Positions 1 to 13,373 of a DNA stretch of 64,000 nt are shown here, piece after piece. Each line of letters starts with the position of its first letter. Within the stretch, counting starts at the first letter, position 1. The translations under genes were made by a program, and so were the position numbers. The notes beneath the pieces are model-generated. The model was not told the DNA's origin. It saw only the letters and a list, made by a program, of their open reading frames with translations, and ran no database searches. Source of the DNA: Ptychomitrium polyphyllum (Eukaryota); assembly GCA_973851085.1 (NCBI GenBank), contig OZ316776.1, positions 13,330,001 to 13,394,000 on the forward strand, written 5' to 3'.

Positions 1-1112
1 ACTCTAAAAAGGTTTTGAAGCAACTTCCAATTAAAATCTTCCCAATTCACTTAAATCTTTAGTATTAATCATATGTTATATTTGCTTCAACAAGCTCCAA
101 AGATGATTCTTAAATTTATTTTGAAATGGAAAGGGGACTCCAACATTGGCTCTTAAATTTAATGTCATGTGAGTTATTCCTAAATAAAATTACCTCATGC
201 TTTTGCTTCAATCTCATGAAAATGAATTCTCAATGATTTAATGAAGTATTAACTTCCTTCCTTGGTTAGCTACACCCTTATGAATCCACATTTTCAAACA
301 AGACAAGCTTAATAGGTACAAAACATGAGATGAAAAAGGTTCACCTTATAATTCACCTTTTGTTTTTACATTACCTTGTAAAAAGAAATACGCCTGATAC
401 ATGTATGAAATACTAAATGTACGCATACAAACTCAAATTCTTGAATCAAATCGACAATATAAAAGTTACATGCCACAAGATACAAAGAGCAAAAGCTGAA
501 CGCAAATGTGCACAATTTGAGCCCACGGAAGGATTAAACCTGTACAGAAGCATTGGAGCTTTGGAGCGCATAGGGCAACTTCCACGGTACTGTACTTGTA
601 CCTGAAACCGAGACGACGCCAAGGTCGGATGGAAGCATGGACGATCCCGAACTGGTCACGCCAAGGGGCCACGCCTGAACACAAGGCAGTGGGAACAGGG
701 TGGGAAACAGGACAGGGAACGCAGGCTTCCCAACGAGGACACCCAGGATCGCGTGGACTTGTGGACTGGCTTTCAGCCCAAGCACTTCGGCCCGCGCAGC
801 GCTGTCGCAGGCAAGGCTCGTGCCCTGCTCGTCTAACACGGAGGGGCCGAGTGCTCAGAGGCACACTGCAGTGAACCCTAATTCCTCAACCATTACGTCC
901 GCGCTATCAACCAGGTCTCGTTTCACTCTAACCCTCGCTCCACCTTCGCACCGGCCCCGGCACCGCTATGGTCTCTCTCTCGCCGCTCACGACATTGCTG
1001 TGCCGTGGATTGTGCCCGAGATCATTTTCGTAGGCTTTGCGTTTGGATGTGGCATGGTCGCTGGCACAGTGTGTGATTCGGGTGTTGAGAGAGGATCTTT
1101 TTCTTTTTGGAT

Positions 1113-4100
1113 ATGGCGGGTGTGGTCGAGACAGAGAATGACACGGCCAAGAGAAAGAGTCTGGAGCCGGTTAGCAATGGCGTAGAGCATGGAACGGAGG
1201 ATGATGCGCCTGAAGCCAAGCGGCGGAATGTTGTGCGGTCGTGTATTCACGAGGTTGCGCTCCCGCCAGGTGAGCGGACGTGGACACAGTTTCCTGTTCT
1301 GAATTTTTTTTTGGTTTTCGTTGGTATTTTTGGTCTGCAGTAGTTTTGAGCGGAACTAGTAAATGCAGTACCAGGAGGCTTTGCGCGGGCCTGTGTTCGA
1401 GTATTCTTGTGTTTGAGTTTTAGCTGGACTGTCTTGTGAGTGATTTTTCGACTGTGAGCTTTCATGGAATCGTAGAACACCTATAGCGTTGTTGGTGGTG
1501 AACGGCTATCTTTGTCGTCAGTCTTATCGTTAGTTACTGTATTCCTTCGGCACAGCTCAATAGTGAGAATATCTAGGTCCAACGTTAGGGTTTAATATCC
1601 GAAAGAGAACCTCTGCGTCTGTTCCGGGAGCTCGCGAAATGTTTTTCAAGCCAATGCCATTTGCTTATTCTAGTATCCTTTCTTCTAGCGGAAACTGAAA
1701 GTTGTTTAGAGTTACAGCTTAGCAACTGTTGCCTCTTCTTTACCTGTTAAAGCTACTCAACCACCGAATCTAGCATCATCTGTTTGAAGAGCATGTTATG
1801 AGCAGATGCGGCAAGGTTTTTACTCGTGGAGTCAGGTGTACTTATTGCTTGCTTCGTTTGAAGAGATTGATGAATACCTGGCGATTTGCTCGTTTTTAAA
1901 AATCGTGTCGATTGCTCGATTTTTTGTTTTCGAGTATCAAGGATACATTGTAGGTTACAGGTTTCTTAGTTGTCGTACAGGTTGGGAAATCTGGTTCTTT
2001 CAATTGACTGTATGATTCAGAAATACAAAGATGACTCTATCTTGATTACAATGCTACAAAGCGTTTCTGCAATTCGCACGGTACTTCAAAGTGTATGACT
2101 TCTGTGGGGCAATAGTCATTCACGTAGCATGCGTATGGAGGTTCTTGATAGCGTCCTACGGATTGACTCTGTGCTTGAGATGGCGGCGCCGTGTCTATGT
2201 TAGCTATTGTTGCGAAAGATATCTTGGTTGTTTGACTGGACAGTGGGTTGTAATAGCTTTGGGGGGAACCGCGCATGTGCAGTGTCAGGCTGGTGTCTGA
2301 AATCATGCTGGAAGCCTATAGCTGACCTCCTGACGGCTGCATTCATTCCACCTTGGTACATGGACCTGGTAACACCATGTGGCGACTTTTGATATTCTTC
2401 ACGTTAAATTCTTGAGTCTCTGCACTGCCTCTAGGTTTCACCTGATCTGATATCAGGTTGCGAAGGAGTTGAGCAGTATCGATGATCTTCAAAACTCATA
2501 CAGTTTCAAGGCCATTAATACTGCCCAATTCGACCAACTGGTTGAAGTTCACTTCGTAGGATGGTGGCAGATTGTCTATCGCTGTTTGTGGAAAAATGGA
2601 AATAGCTTATCACCCTGTTTTGGAATGGAGTTGTGGTCGTTTGTAAAAGTTTGTGTTCACATGTTTAACATGTTGTGTATGTGCGGCTTTTGTCTGGTTC
2701 AGTTTAATTTTAGTTAGTGTACGTTAGTACTCTGCCTTGAGAATTATCTCCTGGTTGGTTTGTCGTCTTTCCTCAGATATGTCGAAACCCAAACGCGGAG
2801 AGTGCCGAGTGATAACGGATCTAGCTCTTTGAGTTTTTTTTCTTGTTTCTTGTTTCAGGATTCACTCCTTCTAAAAACGAGGCAATTTATGGCACAATTG
2901 ACAGCCCCATCTATACGGGCCCTAGAGCAAAGGCATATCCTTTCACACTTGACCCTTTTCAGGAAATTTCAGTTGCTTGTCTGGAACGAGACGAATCAGT
3001 GCTGGTGTCAGCTCATACTTCTGCAGGAAAGACAGCAGTTGCCGAGTATGCCATCGCAATGGCCTTTCGTGACAAGCAAAGAGTTATATACACTTCTCCA
3101 TTGAAGGCTCTGAGCAACCAGAAGTTCAGGGAGTTGAGCGAGGAGTTTACCGATGTAGGTTTAATGACAGGAGATGTTACAATCTCGCCAAACGCGTCTT
3201 GCATTGTGATGACAACAGAAATTTTGCGAGGAATGCTCTACAAAGGGTCAGAAGTATTGAGAGAAGTTGCATGGGTTATTTTCGATGAGATTCATTATAT
3301 GCGTGATCGGGAGAGGGGGGTTGTCTGGGAAGAGAGCATAATTTTTCTCCCTCCTGCAATCAAGATGGTGTTCCTCTCAGCCACAATGTCCAATGCTACA
3401 GAATTTGCCGAATGGATATGCTACCTGCACAAACAACCATGTCACGTAGTTTACACGGACTTCCGTCCAACACCATTGCAGCATTATGCTTTTCCTATGA
3501 GTGGTTCAGGTCTCTATCTTGTTGTAGATGAGAAAGGAGTATTCAAGGAGGATAACTTTAATAAATTAAAGGCGACCTTTGATAAGAAAGAGGTTGGCGG
3601 GAATGATATTGACTCCCCGAGTACACGTGGGGGCCGTGGAGGACGAGCAGCACGAGGGCGTGGAGGGGGTGGAAGAGGTGGAAGAGGCGGAGATAAAGGA
3701 GCTGGTTCAGGCCAGGACATCTACAAAATTGTTAAGGTATCATGACTTGTCAAATTTACGGGCACCGTGTTGGAGCTAGTTTTTAAAGAATATTTCTGAT
3801 TGGATATAGACTTTGGAAATTAGCTTGAATGATGGAGAAATATATACGAGGTTTGGTGCTCATAGTGAATGTACGAAGGTTAATGACTACCGGGGAACAA
3901 TATGGTGAGAGAGGAAGAAGTTCTAGGCTTACTATTTGTCAGCGATCTGATCTGAAGCACAAAGCTAAAGTTCTTGATCTCTTTCTAGGCTGGAACATTA
4001 GTTTATGATATTCTTGAAAATTTGGTATTAAGAATTCAAAATTTGGTTGTCAACTCGCATGCTGTGTTGTAATCTGTCTCTATCTTGAATTTGACGATGT

Positions 4101-7100
4101 AACAAGAGAGTGCAAACTTGCAAGCGATCATGAACATTTGAACTGTATTTTATGAATTGGCTTTGTTTGGCAGATGATTATGGAGCGAAAATTTCAGCCA
4201 GTAATTGTCTTTAGTTTCAGTCGACGAGAATGCGAACAATATGCTACCGCTATGACGAAGTTAGACTTTAACACAGATGAAGAGAAGGAGGCCGTTGAAG
4301 ATATCTTCAAGAAAGCTGTTGAGGTGCTGAGTGAAGAAGACCGAAGTCTTCCGGCAATTAATCTTATTTTGCCACTCTTAAAACGAGGCATTGGTGTTCA
4401 TCATTCGGGCCTTCTTCCTATTCTTAAGGAAGTTGTTGAGCTTTTGTTTCAGGAAGGACTTTGCAAGGCGCTGTTTGCAACAGAAACTGTAAGTGTTTCC
4501 TGTGTTTCGCATCATTAATATGTTGCTGAGTTAGGGAATGCACAATCAACCCCAATTGCCTTGTATTACTACAAATTTACGTTCTCTTTCGATGCTTTCT
4601 CTATCACCCTTTTAATTTTTATACTTATGAATAAATGAATTTTATAGTGCTACTTATGAAGACCATCAATTGCTCATTCTATTTAATCCCAGGCATTAGT
4701 GAGCTGGGTATATGTGCTAGGTTCGTTCTCTTAATATGGCTATGGTAGTCTGTGTACTTTTCTTCTGCCATCAGACAACTTTGCTGTCATGCCAGTCCAA
4801 AGTTCATGATGTTGATCGACTTTAATGTTGCAGTTTGCTATGGGATTAAATATGCCGGCGAAGACAGTTGTGTTTACAAATGTTCGGAAATGGGATGGAC
4901 AGAGCCACCGATGGATGTCATCCGGAGAATACATTCAGGTTTTTTCTACTGTATGAATGTAGACGTTGTGCAATGTGCGAGAGAGGTTTTTTGAAATGAA
5001 CCACTATCGCTCCTACACCTGTTGCTTAAAAGCCGGGTTGCGAGATTACGTGTTTTGCTGCCATGTTACTACTTTGCAAACAGCTTGTAATCCAGTTTTC
5101 TTTTGGAGCTGAAAATATTATTGGTCTAGTGAAAATGTTTTTGTATGAACATTGTATACTGATTGGTGCAGATGAGTGGACGAGCAGGACGACGAGGAAA
5201 GGACTTACGGGGAATTTGCATAGTCATGATAGACAGCCAGGTCAGTGTTTTGAGCTGCCATTGTTCTGTTTCAATCATGTCGTGGAGCTGGTTCCGTTAA
5301 CACAATAGGTTGGAGAGCTTTCTGGATATGAGCGCTTTGATATTTTTTTTCTCGACATGTGTTTAGTGAATCTGTTATTGGTACCATGAAGTAGATGGCT
5401 ACAATTTTCTGCAGAAATCTCAAAGGTTGTGGTTTACTGTGCAGATGGAAATGAAAACATGCCAAGAGATGATGCAAGGAACTGCAGCTCCTTTAGTTAG
5501 CACTTTCCGTCTTAGTTATTACTCACTTCTGAATCTTATGAGCCGTGCGGAAGGACAGTTCAACTCTGAGCATGTGATTCGTCATTCATTTCATCAGTTC
5601 CAGCATGACAAGGTAATTATTAAATTTGATTCGTTTGAATATGTTGCTGCTGTCATTGAGCCTGTCATTATGCTGCACTGTTTCTTTTGAATACCTGTAG
5701 TATAGGAAACTCTTGGTCATGCAGCATGCATTGTTTACAAATGGTGTACTCAACGAAATCTCCGTGGTTTCAGGCATTGCCCAAGGTTGAAGAGACCATA
5801 AAGACGTTGGAAGCTGAAGCCTTGAAAATTGATTCGGCGGGAGAGGTATGTCAAATAAGGAAACAGAAGTGTGTAAAACATTTCTTGTATTGAGTTAATT
5901 TGTTCTTCGTTTAGCAATTTAGCGTGCTATTTGTGCAACCATCTGTTTTGGACGATAGCTCTCTATTGAGCATGATCTCATGGAAACTTTTTCTGATTTC
6001 GGATTTTGCTGTGTTAAGATTCTGGGTTTGCCAGTACATTTGTTTGTACGTGCTAGAATTCGTAGTGTGATTTGCGTAAACTGGTGAGATTTTATTGCAG
6101 GTGTCTATGGCGGAGTATCATTCATTAAGAATAAAGCTCGCTCAACTAGAAAAACAGATGATGGCAGAAGTTCTGCGGCCTGAACGCGTTCTTTTATTTT
6201 TGAAACCTGGAAGATTGGTACTCCATCATTTATCTTGGTGGTCTTCTTTAATAATGCTCTTATGATCTGTTCCACCGCCTCGCTTTGTTTTCTACCTGAA
6301 TTCAGCTATTTAGATGGCTTAAGTCGTTTGATTCACGGTTTTTAGTTCGAACTGGCATTTCAAAGCAGCTTGAATTCTTTACAGATTTTTAACGACAGTC
6401 TGATTAAACAGACTGAGCCTACCTGTCGTTGGCCTACTTCCCTGCAAGCCTTTGGCAGTTTGTTGCCTTAGCTCTGGAGCAATCTATATCTTTAGTGAAA
6501 TCCTGTCTGGTTCTTGTGTAGGTGAAAATCAGGGACGGAGCAGACGAGTGGGGGTGGGGGGTGGTCGTGAATGTAGTTAAAAAACCTACACCAAATCAGG
6601 GAACATGCTCTCCTGCAGTGGCAAGTGCTCCAGCTACTTCTTATATAGTAGATGTTCTTTTGTACTGTGCGTCAGGAGTAATTCAAGAAGGGAAGCGACC
6701 AAGACCGAGACCTTGTCCACCAGGAGAGAAAGGGGAAATGCATGTGGTAAGAACCTCTAGTTGGTGTTACAAGTTTGTTCGCTCAGGACCAAGTAAGCTT
6801 TATTGCTGGCTGCCTTCACTTGTATTCACAGAATTTTGTTGCACTCACCAGTAACTGGCATAAGATATAGTTATTCTAATTTTGGCCTTATTTAGCATGT
6901 GTACATTTATGTCCCTAACATTTTTTAGATATCGTAAGTGATATCAATGATAAGTACCATTTGTCCTTCAGTGCGGTGTCTTTCTTTATGTTGCATTGTG
7001 TTAATTTTACCATGTTGGTGAATAATCTCAATCTGGATGTTTGCATGGTTGTGAAGGTCCCAGTGCGTATGCCGTTGATATGTGCTATTAGTGCCCTAAG

Positions 7101-9705
7101 AGTTGCAGCTCCTCACGACTTAAGACCTTCCGAGGCACGGGAAAGTGTTTTTATGGCTGTCCAAGAGCTCAAACTTCGCTTTCCTGATGGCTTCCCAAAG
7201 CTTGATCCTATTGAGGTTAGAGTTCTTTTTACATATGGGGTTAGGCATGCTTTGATTTGCACTTAAATTTGAACAAATGCTTGTCTGACCCAGTATTGGT
7301 TATGCTTTAATGTCGACTTACATTACCTTGGCCACAATTTCAAGAGATTCTTCAATTTGCGAAGTTGTCTTCTCTGGTTGAGTTCGGGAGGACCTTCATG
7401 TAGAAATATCTTCAATCGCTCTACTCGTAGGAATATTTTCTCCTGTCAGTGATGTGTGGTCCTGATTTGTAGGATATGGGCATTGATGATGAGGACTTCT
7501 CGAAGATAGTGAAGGAGATAGAGGTTGAAGAAAAGAAGCTACACGCTCATCCTCTCTTTCAGGTGTGATGTCCATTGAGCTTATGGGCTGTGCTTCAGGA
7601 AGGCGCTCGAACTCACTGGCCATTAATATTGCCGCATGAAGTTAGGATGTGATGATATGCAAATTTGTATCAGGAATTTATGTTGTGTATGGACTAGAAA
7701 ACTACGGGAAGCATCTTGTATAATTGTTCTGTGTAATGATTGCAGGTTTTTTCGTTCTTAGTGTACAGCAGATATAGTAGTAACCTGGTTTTTTGGCAGA
7801 ATATTTGTTGTATTTTTCTGAAACAACTGTCCTTCATAAAATGTAGTGTGGACATTCAGATGGTGCACCCTCCCAGTTCAATTCTACTTCAGTTGGGTGT
7901 CAAAGTCATGGCTACACCTGATAATAACTTGGTCTTGGACCCTGCAGTCGGAGAAGGAGGCAGATTGCTTTGCTGCTTTTCAAAGGAAGGCAGAATTAAT
8001 GGCTGAGATTGATACCTTGAAACTTAGAATGCGAGACTCCCAGGTTCGTACTCATATAATTTTCATTTCCTTCATATCTATGAAAGATGTAACTGCATCT
8101 GATTTGCAGCTGTCTTGTTTCATTTGCATTATCCGTTTGTCTATTTTTAGGAAGTCTCTACTCAAGCATTGTATCTGTGAAGCAAATTGAGTGTATGTTG
8201 AAGCCAACTTACACAGTGAATACTGGTCTTAACAGTTGCAAAAATTCAGAGAAGAATTGAAAAACAGGTCTAGGGTACTTAAGCGACTCGGACATATTAA
8301 TGCTGATGGTGTGGTTCAAACAAAGGGTCGTGCTGCCTGTCTCATAGATACTGCCGATGAGCTTCTTGTTACCGAGCTTATGTTCAATGGTAATCTTTTT
8401 TTGCCTTCTGTCTTTTTACTGTTTGTTTTGTTGCTTTGATATCATGATGTCCTAACTACGTTGTCTTTCAGGTTTGTTCAACGATATAGATCATCACCAA
8501 GTTGTGGCTATAGCAAGCTGCTTTCTACCAGTTGAGAAATCAAATGAACAAGTTCGGTTGAAGAATGAACTGGCATGGCCACTAGAAAAGCTCAAAGAAA
8601 CAGCCAAGCAACTGGCAGAGGTATGTTTGTCACCTTGATTTGGCATCTCGGCAGGTCTTCTTGAGAATCTGACTATCCATTTCAGTACCTAAATGATATG
8701 CTTTTTCGAAGTCTTCAAGAGTTTCCTCACTGGCTTTGTCCAAATACTACCTTCGGTCACGTGCAATTTTGAGGAGTTAAGTTGTGATCTTTGTAGGGCA
8801 TTCTAGGCTGTACTCCTGTTGGTGTCTGCCAAGCCTGTTAAATTTCTAAATATTACTACACAAATTGACTTGGGTTTGTGAATCAGATCCAAAAAGAGTG
8901 CAAGCTGGAGATTGACGTTGAAGAATATGCGGAATCATTTAAACCCTTTTTGATGGATGTCGTTTACAGCTGGTCTAAGGTTGATGTTTCTTTGGCCACC
9001 TTCAACCTTTATTTTAGCACTTCAAATGATGGAAGGAATGACATGATTCATCAATGAACTTGCCTATCTTTAATCACATCAAAGAATCAATGCTTATGGA
9101 GCCAATTTGTGTAGCGACAATTCTCTTATTCTCTGGGTTCCAATATCTTTTCCCTATGTCAATTAGATTTGCAATTGCAGTTTACAAAATATCAGGAGCT
9201 GGCGAAGCAAATTTCAAGCAGTAAATATAGTATTGCACTTTGCTTTGTGTTGCAGACCTCTCCTGATGTAAAATGGATTTTTGACATGTGCTCGTTTCAA
9301 TATTGAAGGGTGCCACATTCTCTGAAATTTGTGACATGACCGACATTTTTGAAGGCAGCATAATTCGTGCTGCACGCAGGCTTGACGAGTTTCTGAACCA
9401 GGTACATTGAACGGGAGTTTCTGAAATTCGACGCCCTCTGCAGTCGACGTTACTAAGGAAGTAATCTTTGTTTTTCAGCGGGAGTGGGTTAGAACAATTC
9501 ATATTACGTCCCCTGTTTTGAAATCTTCTTCTAAGCACTTTCTAGTGCGAATATGTATTTAATGCCAACTGTATTAATGGCTTGATTTGTACAGCTACGT
9601 AGCGCTGCCCAGGCAATTGGAAATCCTGATTTGGAAAATAAGTTCCTGCTTGGGAGTGAAAGTATACGACGGGGTATCATCTTTGCCAACTCATTGTACC
9701 TTTGA
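1113..9705 (+). CDS. HEN2: Ski2/Mtr4-family DExH-box RNA helicase, HEN2-type nuclear exosome cofactor; about 17 exons (approx. 1113-1269, 2859-3736, 4174-4488, 4834-4938, 5172-5240, 5445-5612, 5774-5845, 6101-6217, 6522-6746, 7057-7215, 7473-7562, 7948-8043, 8236-8389, 8472-8620, 8887-8979, 9309-9401, 9594-9705)
   Basis: Motifs AHTSAGKT (Walker A), [19 protein letters not shown] and [10 protein letters not shown]; arch/KOW region [13 protein letters not shown] region [18 protein letters not shown]. The C-terminus [12 protein letters not shown] resembles plant HEN2 more than MTR4 (recalled as ...IVFAASLYL). Introns are GT-AG and phases fit where checked. Confidence 0.9.
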
Positions 9706-12515
9706 AGCCCTTGCCCCTATCCATCCCAAGGTACGCTGCTTCGGGGAATCGCTTGGGTAAACGCATGTTATGGCGAGTTCGTTGGGTGCTTTGTTATTTT
9801 TGCACCTTGTACATCTTGTGATCACTTTTTGTGGAAGATTCAGACAAGTCAATTTGAGTTAGTCACATGGTGTACTTTGCCTGCCTTGTATGCTAAACAC
9901 ATGCTTGAACTGAGCTTCTGCATGATGATGTAGTTTTACATTTTGTAACAGCAACTTCCAACACAGGAATGCCACTTAAAAACCGGCAATGTTACTTTCT
10001 AGACTCTATGTTTTACATCGAAGTTTCAAAATATAGAAGATGAGGCGTTCAGCATAAAGCACTGAACCCTGTTGATTTGAGCATCCAAGTGCACTGGTTC
10101 ATTTTCATTGGCAATCTGTTCTGGCACTGGTTCAGGTAGTTTGGTACCTTTTTGTATGCCTTTTGGGTGTATAATCTACCAATCTAAGATTAGTTTAGTA
10201 TCACTCTGTATATCTGAGTGAACCATTTCTATCCTAACAGTTTGTCTGTCATTGTTATAATGTTGTGTGCTTTGATTTATTTTTTTATTGTTGGTCCTTA
10301 CGACTTTCAACTTCAACAAATAATAAGAAGTTTATTGATTGTACTAAAATGATCAACTCTTTGGATTTGAGCTTCTGCTTTATCTAATCTGGAGTTGTAT
10401 AACGGATCCCCTGAGGGCGGTTTAACATCTTTGTATCTCCTGACAGAAATTTTGAAGGAACAGGCTCTTATTAATGTGTCCGGGTTTTCAGGTACTGAGG
10501 ATGGTTGCAAAGGTGCAGGATGGAAACTGAAAAGCTAATGTGAAGGAAAGGCACTAAATAGTGGACATTGACCAGCAGAGTCCCATTCTCGTAGTACACA
10601 CATTTCACGTCGTCGATTCGTAAACTAGAACTTTGCGACTTTGTTGTCTAACCACGTTGAACGAGCCTTCCTAGCCCAGACTCGCCGCCAAAGTTGTCCA
10701 AATTAAAACACGTCACCTATGTGGCAAGGATCACAAAGTAATCATGACAAAACCTTATTTGTTAATGAAATGCTTTTTCCTTCGGCTAGAGTCGGCCCAG
10801 AAGAAGGTATCGCTTAGTACTTTATTTTGGAATTCGGTGGTGTGCACAAACCCTAACAGGGGATGATCATAATTGTTGGCAAAGAGTTGATTTCGGACAT
10901 TCGTTAACCGGTAGTAAAATTCAATTTCTGCATTCTATAAAAAGTTTCAGAGCCCACTTCTCACACACAGGAACTCCAGTCTATCTAGTTTGTCTTTCTG
11001 TGTTAGAACGGAACCCAGCTCTTATTACATCGTTTTTAGAGGCGTTTGGTGCTCATTAACCTCTGCAATTAATGGCGTTACTAGCTCCTCCGCATTGGCG
11101 TTTGGTTTTGTACTTCGGAAGTGCTGTTGTATAGGAAACCGCGCGTTGTAAAGATCCTCTGTCGTCAAGGCTCGGTGGATATTAGCACTTCCATAGGGTG
11201 AACTTATACCCCACCTTTCTAATCACAGGCAAGATTCCCAATTGCGTGATAACATAGTCGTACAACAGAGAATTTCCGACTCTCCAGACATAAATACCAT
11301 AATTTGCCAGTGCCAAACCATTCAAGATGTGTGTCGCGGGGTGGACAAGAAACGTCTTTGTAACTATTTTTAAAAACCATGGTAGGAATGATCAATAGGC
11401 TCTTGCAGGTGCTATTAGCGACCACAACTTCGCTAATATCATGTTCGATGTGTACATAGTCAATACACCATGTCGCATCACCTGTTTAGGGTGGTCAATG
11501 AAACAATAGTATGATGTGTAACTTCTCATGTAGTTGGGAAGAATCTTTGATATCTACAGAAGAAGGAAAGGATAAGAATCTGAAAAAGCAACGCAGTAGT
11601 ATTTAACACTAAGACGGTGGGGTGGAGTTTTTACTACACCACGTTAGATGACCCTGGAAACACACCAAATTCTCATGTCATATTCTTCATGGCAGCTTCG
11701 TGAGTGGTCCCACGGTTCAAGTATTGCTTGAGTGTAAGCCATCCTCAGGAAACGTCTCTGTAAATCCACCTGCACAATGTCATACTGTAAGCACCTCTCC
11801 ACGCCAATCACATCAGATTGACAATGCTGCTTTATCTCGGATTGAAACAAGCACCTGCAATGAACTGTCGGAACGATTGGTCTTTGCCCATAATAGTTTG
11901 CACAGGAGCATGGTTCTACCACGCTAGCGATTTGATGACTGCAATATTATCTTGGAACTTCAATGCTGGCAGTCCTGAAAAGAAGCTAAGTTCAAGTCCG
12001 GCCGAATGTGTAGTGACCTCACAAAGTCAAAATCAATCTACTCAAACGATCGTTTACTGATCCTCGAACTTCGCAGGTCAGACTCAGGCTGTCTCCGACA
12101 AATTTTCTTTTATGGCGACAACTAATTAATAAACGGAAATATAAGTGCAGTGTGCGATAAGTTTCCATCGGCTCCGGAGCATATTAATCAACAGCGTCAT
12201 TTGATTATTCATCCTGAGCCTGCACAGGAGTTTGTAAATCAGATCATGCACGAGTCCTTAAAGCTAGATTGTTTCTGATGCAAGCTAGCCGACACTAGCA
12301 ATCTAGAGTAGGTAACGTAGATTGAACCACAAGAATCGATCGCAGGCCTCACAGTACATACGTGATCAATGCCCAAAATGCAACGATCTTCAAAGAAACT
12401 CCACAACTGATTTCGATTTCCTCACGCATCAATTGAGCACGGGTCAAATAAATCGACTAATCCCAGACTCCACCAGAGGACGCCGCAGATACATCGATCT
12501 ACCCATTCAGCTCGG

Positions 12516-13373
12516 ATGGATTGTAACAAATCTTTGAAACCGGGGTCGAGCATGGCATCGAAGCAGCCGTCTATTCCGCCAGAGTCTGGATACGCATGGA
12601 GCAATGTGTTCTACGACGACTTCACGGGCGACGCCTACACATTGGAGACGAACTTCCGGCATCCCATGGGCGCGGCCAAGTGGAAGTGGGACGCGGCCTC
12701 CAACAAAGAGATACACTGGGAGCCGGCGTGCTCGCGGATCGTCTCCGATGCGACGCAAGGCAATAAGCCGATCCTGCGCGTGTGCGTGTGGTCGGACTGG
12801 TTCCACCGCATCGACCGGCTCGCAACGCGGCAGCAGTTCGGATACGGGTTCTACGAGTGCCGCCTGCGCTTCAAGGGCGCGGAGGGGATGCACAGCGCGT
12901 TCTGGCTGCTCCCGGAGGCGATGGTTGACAATCCTGTGGAGCCGGGAGAAGTCGTTGGCGGTGTGGAGGTGGACGTGGTGGAGAATCGGAAGGTGGACGG
13001 CGCGGGGAACGGTATTAGTGCCCAGGGAAATACGGCGGTGCACTGGGGCGGCTATGGCGCGAATCACCGCTCGAGAGCGTTCAAACTGATGGCTCTTCCA
13101 GGGGCGCCGTCGGCGTGGGCGACGTTTGGGGTGCTGCACGTGGAGGGGGGGATGCGGTGGTTCTGGAACGGGAAGGAGGTGAACTCAGTGGGCGTGTGGA
13201 CGCCGATGAAAAACTCCATCTATTTCTCTACCGAGGTGAATGAGAGCGGCGGGTGGGCGGGGAATGACCTCGCCAGCTACGGGCCGCTTGACGATCCGGC
13301 GGGGTACATTGAGGTTGATTACACCGGATTCTGGGAGCAGGTGAGTCAAGACGTGGATCAAGCTCTTTATTGA
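12516..13373 (+). CDS. Intronless glycoside hydrolase family 16 (beta-jelly-roll beta-glycanase) of microbial type; the second ATG at 12552 is an alternative start
   Basis: 285-aa ORF with the N-terminal FYDDF motif, FGYGFYECR, SAFWLL, catalytic EVDVVE (ExDxxE, 12966-12983), HWGGYG, ATFGVL and C-terminal EVDY, in canonical GH16 order. Confidence 0.85.
   Translation: MDCNKSLKPGSSMASKQPSIPPESGYAWSNVFYDDFTGDAYTLETNFRHPMGAAKWKWDAASNKEIHWEPACSRIVSDATQGNKPILRVCVWSDWFHRIDRLATRQQFGYGFYECRLRFKGAEGMHSAFWLLPEAMVDNPVEPGEVVGGVEVDVVENRKVDGAGNGISAQGNTAVHWGGYGANHRSRAFKLMALPGAPSAWATFGVLHVEGGMRWFWNGKEVNSVGVWTPMKNSIYFSTEVNESGGWAGNDLASYGPLDDPAGYIEVDYTGFWEQVSQDVDQALY

Noticed and set aside
417..1250. Overlapping ORFs upstream of HEN2
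   Set aside because: No recognisable domain; expected from a GC-rich promoter/5' UTR. Only 1113-1269 splices in phase to the helicase.
2421..2432. 12-nt match to the 5' part of miR408 (TGCACTGCCTCT) in HEN2 intron 1
   Set aside because: The match stops at 12 nt and no complementary hairpin arm is evident.
12507..13139. 210-aa antisense ORF and other alternative-frame ORFs over the GH16
   Set aside because: Shadow ORFs of a GC-rich coding sequence; Arg/His-rich with no motif.
12516..13373. High GC of GH16 as independent proof of foreign origin
   Set aside because: The native intronless genes here (TIM17, GT47) are similarly GC-rich, so composition is uninformative; the HGT case rests on protein motifs.
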